Below, in pieces: positions 60,353 through 64,000 of a stretch of 64,000 bases of DNA. Made by a program: the position numbers and the translations under genes. Where the stretch lies: positions 1 to 64,000 of the IMG/VR virus record IMGVR_UViG_3300027057_000001; one strand, given 5' to 3'. Source of the stretch: a virus. The notes beneath the pieces are model-generated. The model saw only the letters and a program-made list of their open reading frames with translations. It was not told the DNA's origin and did not search any database. How positions within the stretch are numbered: the first letter of the stretch is position 1; each line of letters starts with the position of its first letter.

Positions 60353-63124
60353 ATGGCAGAACGCTTGCACCCTGGCGTGTACGTGGAGGAAAAGCGCAGC
60401 GGGCTTGCTCCGATTCAGGGCGTCTCGACGTCGAACATGGGCATCGTCGGCTTCGCCGAGCGCGGCCCGAGCGACGAGGCCACGCTGGTCACGAGCTACC
60501 CGAGCTTCGAGCGCACCTTCGGGACCTTCATCGCCGCCTCGCAGATGCCGACCCACGTCTTCGCCTTCTTCGCCAACGGTGGCGCGAGGGCATACATCGT
60601 CCGCGTGACCGGCGCGGGCTCGACCAAGGCCACCGGCTACATCACGAGCGACTGGACCGAGGAGACCATCGCCACAGGCGACGGCTCGACGGCCTCCATG
60701 GACAGCGCTGCTCCGACCATTGGCGAGACGGACATCGATCACGTCCCCGAGATCGAGCCGTCCTCCGTCGCGGTGAGCATCTACCAGACCCCAGGAGCAC
60801 TCGGAGCGGCTGGTGATGCCATCGACGCGACCGCAGCCCCGGTATGCACGCTGACGCTCCCGGCTGGCACCCCGCTCTACGCAGCGATGGTGACCTGGGG
60901 CGCAAGCCTCACCCTGGCTGGATGCACGTCGGCTCCAAATGATGGAACCTTCCCAATCACGGCGGTGGACACGGTCAACAACGTCGTCACCTTTACGAAT
61001 GCTGCTGGCGTGACAGAGCCTTTGGTTCTTGGTGTCTCGTCCTGGGCCATCAGCGTCGTCGGTGAGGCTGGCGACCTGAGCCCTGTCCCGGCTGGCGTGG
61101 TGACGGAGTTCGCGGGCAAGCTCGGCCCGTCCTCCACCAACATGAAGATCATCCCCGGGACCGTGACGATCAACGACTCGACGGCACCTGGGCAAACCTA
61201 CTCCGACACCGGCAAGGACGGCGTGCTCTACGAGGCCGGTGCTCCTGCGGTTCCGGCTGGGTTCGTGGACTACGAGACCGGCCTGTTCTCGCTCACGGCG
61301 TCGGTGGCACCGCTCCTGCCCGGCAACATCACCTACGACTACACGCCCGCTGGCCCCCAGGTGGAGATCACCGACGACGGCGCTGGCGCGTGGAACGCCC
61401 TGGGCGTGACGGCCATCGCTGGGGCGCTGGACTACACCACGGGCGTCTGGTCCATGGGTCCGCTCCCGCAGGCCCCAGCCGACAGCCTGCCGGTGGATGT
61501 GGCGTACACCCAGCAGGTCTGGGAGTACAACCCCATCAGCGAGGGCACCTGGGGCAACTACGTGCGAGTGGACGTCCGAGGCGACGAGGACTACTACACG
61601 CGGGCCACGGCGAGCTTCACCCGCTACGACGCGCTGGTCTACCTGTCGGAGGACCAGGGCACGACCTTCGACCTCGCCGAGACCTACGAAGACCTTTCGC
61701 TGACAGACCCGACCGATTCGCGGTACATCGGCGACATCCTCAACAACGAGGGCGTCGGGTCCAGCCTGATCGATCTCGTGGAGCCGTCCAACGAAGACGT
61801 CGCCCCGCGAAACCTGTCGGGCTACCAGAGGACCAGGGCCGTGGGGGCTGGCAACGGCACCCAGGCGCAATTCGGAAGCTCTGGCGCGACACCGACCATC
61901 CCGGCCCCCTTCGTGTGTGCCCCGCTGGAGAGCCCGGTGCAGCCCGGCTCCGTGACCATCAACTACACCGACCTCAACGGGGTGGCCAGGACCGTCACGG
62001 ACGACGGCAATGGGAACCTCGTCGGTGATGTCTTCGGCGGCGCGGCGGCTGGCTTCAACGAGATCGACTACACCTCTGGCGAGTTCGCCTTCGAGTCCTC
62101 GGCGGACGACGGGGCGACCTCTGGCGCGGTGGGCAACTTCACCCAGGCTGGCAACGCCTCGGTGCCGACCGTCAGCTACTACGTCACGCCTTCGGACACC
62201 GAGACGGCGGACCAGGCCAGCGGCGGCACGGACGGCGCGGCGCTCACGCGCAACGAACTGACCGACCCGGCGCTCCAGACCGACCGCAAGGGCATGTACG
62301 CCCTGCTCTCGACCGACGAGCTTCAGAACGTCACCATCCCGGACGCGGCTGGCGACGTCACCATGAGCGTGGACCAGGTGACGGAGGCCGAGCGCAACGA
62401 GAAGTGGTTCATCATTCTCGCGACTCCGCCCGGCTACACGCCGACACAGGCCCGCGACTGGCGCATCAACACGCTGGGCATCACGTCCAGCTACGGTGCG
62501 CTGTACTACCCCTACATCCAGATCGCGGACCCGGTGACCGACCTCCCGGCCAACGTGCCGCCAGGCGGTCACATCGCGGGCGTCTACGCGCGCACGGACG
62601 CGAGCAGGAGCGTCGGCAAGGCTCCCGCTGGGACGGTGGACGGCAGGCTGCTCTTCGCCACGGGCGTCGAGCGCAAGATGGAGTTCGCCGAGATCGACGT
62701 GCTCCATCCCAACCAGGTCAACGCCATCATCAACACCCCGCAGACCGGGCTGGTCGTCTGGGGTGCGCGGACGTTGGAGCGCCCGCCGAGCGACTTCCGC
62801 TACGTCCACACGCGGAGGCTGTTCAACTTCCTGAAGGCGTCGATCTTCAACAGCACCCACGGCTTCGTCTTCGAGAACGTGGGGCCTCCCCTGTGGTCGA
62901 AGATCCGGCTGTCGGTGGAGAGCTTCCTGCTGACGCAGTTCCAGCAAGGGCTCTTCAAGGGGACGACCCCAGCAGAGGCTTACGCGGTCATCTGCGACGA
63001 GACCAACAACCCCCAGAACGTGCAGGATTCGGGCACGGTCATCTGTGACATCTACGTCGCGCCGAACGTGCCAGGCGAGTTCATCGTCTTCCGCATCCAG
63101 CAGAAGGTGGCCCAGGCGGCGTAG
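60353..63124 (+). CDS. contractile tail sheath protein
   Basis: PGVYVEE, FFANGG, ALYYPYI, PPGGHIAG, WGARTL, YVHTRRL, VFEN, EFIVFRI. Confidence 0.95.
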   Translation: MAERLHPGVYVEEKRSGLAPIQGVSTSNMGIVGFAERGPSDEATLVTSYPSFERTFGTFIAASQMPTHVFAFFANGGARAYIVRVTGAGSTKATGYITSDWTEETIATGDGSTASMDSAAPTIGETDIDHVPEIEPSSVAVSIYQTPGALGAAGDAIDATAAPVCTLTLPAGTPLYAAMVTWGASLTLAGCTSAPNDGTFPITAVDTVNNVVTFTNAAGVTEPLVLGVSSWAISVVGEAGDLSPVPAGVVTEFAGKLGPSSTNMKIIPGTVTINDSTAPGQTYSDTGKDGVLYEAGAPAVPAGFVDYETGLFSLTASVAPLLPGNITYDYTPAGPQVEITDDGAGAWNALGVTAIAGALDYTTGVWSMGPLPQAPADSLPVDVAYTQQVWEYNPISEGTWGNYVRVDVRGDEDYYTRATASFTRYDALVYLSEDQGTTFDLAETYEDLSLTDPTDSRYIGDILNNEGVGSSLIDLVEPSNEDVAPRNLSGYQRTRAVGAGNGTQAQFGSSGATPTIPAPFVCAPLESPVQPGSVTINYTDLNGVARTVTDDGNGNLVGDVFGGAAAGFNEIDYTSGEFAFESSADDGATSGAVGNFTQAGNASVPTVSYYVTPSDTETADQASGGTDGAALTRNELTDPALQTDRKGMYALLSTDELQNVTIPDAAGDVTMSVDQVTEAERNEKWFIILATPPGYTPTQARDWRINTLGITSSYGALYYPYIQIADPVTDLPANVPPGGHIAGVYARTDASRSVGKAPAGTVDGRLLFATGVERKMEFAEIDVLHPNQVNAIINTPQTGLVVWGARTLERPPSDFRYVHTRRLFNFLKASIFNSTHGFVFENVGPPLWSKIRLSVESFLLTQFQQGLFKGTTPAEAYAVICDETNNPQNVQDSGTVICDIYVAPNVPGEFIVFRIQQKVAQAA

Positions 63125-63134
63125 CAGGGCCGTG

Positions 63135-63153
63135 AGCGAAAGTCACTTTCGCT
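63135..63153. repeat. 19-bp palindrome, copy 6
   Basis: AGCGAAAGT-C-ACTTTCGCT just after the sheath stop. Confidence 0.9.
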
Positions 63154-63169
63154 CTGAGGAGAGGATAGA

Positions 63170-63592
63170 ATGGACGCAACGATCACGAACCTGAGCGCCG
63201 AGCGGGTCTTCATCTCTGGCCCGCAACTGGACCTCGCTCCCACGGGAGATCCCGATGGCAAGGACGTCCAGGTGTGGCCCGACATCACGGTCAACGACAT
63301 CGACAGCCACGTCAGGCTGAAGGAGTTGGTCGTGGCTGGCACGGTCTCCATCCAGATGGACCCGGACAGCTTCGACGCGGCGCTGGCGACACGGGGCGCA
63401 CTCAACTTCGCGGCGCTCCCCGTCTACCTGTTCGCCGACCTCCCGACCGGCTACAACGGTCGTGTGGCCTTCGTGTCGAACGGCCTGAAGGGTGGCGAGG
63501 TTTCGCCTGGCGGGACCGGAGTTCCGGCGTACTACGATGCGGTCGCCGGGGCGTGGCTCAACTTCTTCGACAACCTGCCGACCGCCGCCTAG
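63170..63592 (+). CDS. hypothetical virion protein
   Basis: GAGGAGAGG RBS; structural context. Confidence 0.65.
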   Translation: MDATITNLSAERVFISGPQLDLAPTGDPDGKDVQVWPDITVNDIDSHVRLKELVVAGTVSIQMDPDSFDAALATRGALNFAALPVYLFADLPTGYNGRVAFVSNGLKGGEVSPGGTGVPAYYDAVAGAWLNFFDNLPTAA

Positions 63593-63618
63593 CGGCTCGC
63601 TGGCAGTAGGAGAAGCCC

Positions 63619-64000
63619 GTGGCACAGTCCCCAGTGGTCATAGAGCAGCGCATCAACGCTGGGCAGCAGTTCAACGAGACGTTGCCCAGCACGACGCCTG
63701 CCGACGCAGATGCGATTCGCAAGTTCCCCGTGGACAACCAGGGGGGCTTGTTCGAGTTCGCCTTCGCAGGCCCCGATGCGTCATTCGTGACCTACCAGAT
63801 CGACCAGGTGTTCGTCGATTTCGGGGATGCGGCTCCGGGGGAGGTCTCCATCATCAACAGCGACACGCCGAGCCCGAAGAGGGTGGTGTTGGCATCGTTG
63901 CCCGCTGGTGGAACGTATCTCCGGGTGGACCCAATCAAGCTCGCCTGGGACGAGAGGCTGGTCCTGAAGACGACGGGGGCGACTCTGGCCCTGTACGCCA
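63619..64000 (+). CDS. hypothetical protein, truncated by window end
   Basis: AGGAG RBS plus GTG; frame open to the edge. Confidence 0.6.
   Translation, partial: MAQSPVVIEQRINAGQQFNETLPSTTPADADAIRKFPVDNQGGLFEFAFAGPDASFVTYQIDQVFVDFGDAAPGEVSIINSDTPSPKRVVLASLPAGGTYLRVDPIKLAWDERLVLKTTGATLALYA

Noticed and set aside
8-62947. Many long opposite-strand ORFs (e.g. 8-1468+, 15502-17910-, 52103-53791-, 60320-62947-)
   Set aside because: Shadow ORFs produced by high-GC codon bias opposite genes with clear motifs and RBSs
2382-63153. Palindromes as CRISPR repeats or IS ends
   Set aside because: Copies are kilobases apart, with no spacers and no flanked transposase
40000-64000. T4 late promoters (TATAAATA)
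   Set aside because: None seen by eye upstream of the structural genes
1-64000. Alternative genetic code
   Set aside because: Conserved genes are intact under the standard code and end in TGA, TAG and TAA

Overview
GC-rich segment of a large tailed dsDNA phage with a T4-like myovirus morphogenesis module; host not determinable from this window. Layout: (1) 1-25.6 kb, early/accessory region of small, individually promoted genes. It includes a SPOUT methyltransferase, an HUH rolling-circle Rep-like protein facing a UvrD helicase, KhpA-like KH protein, ParB-like protein, SpeD, thermonuclease, a DNA adenine MTase and two ORF-free structured-RNA loci. (2) 26-40 kb, replication/recombination: DnaC-like loader, DnaB, GroES, primase, SSB, SF2 helicase, RecA, resolvases, Cas4-like nuclease. 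(3) 40-64 kb, packaging/head/neck/tail: intein-containing TerL, portal, protease-scaffold fusion, major capsid, neck, sheath. Most notable unexplained signals: three tandem ~185-193 nt RNAs with tRNA-like acceptor stem, T-arm and ACCA ends but expanded cores (two share a covarying architecture); an adjacent small RNA complementary to the conserved early-gene leader GGACGGAGGACACC; a 19-bp palindrome seen six times; and candidate protease-cleaved head-cargo polyproteins. All calls come from reading motifs by eye, with no database searches.
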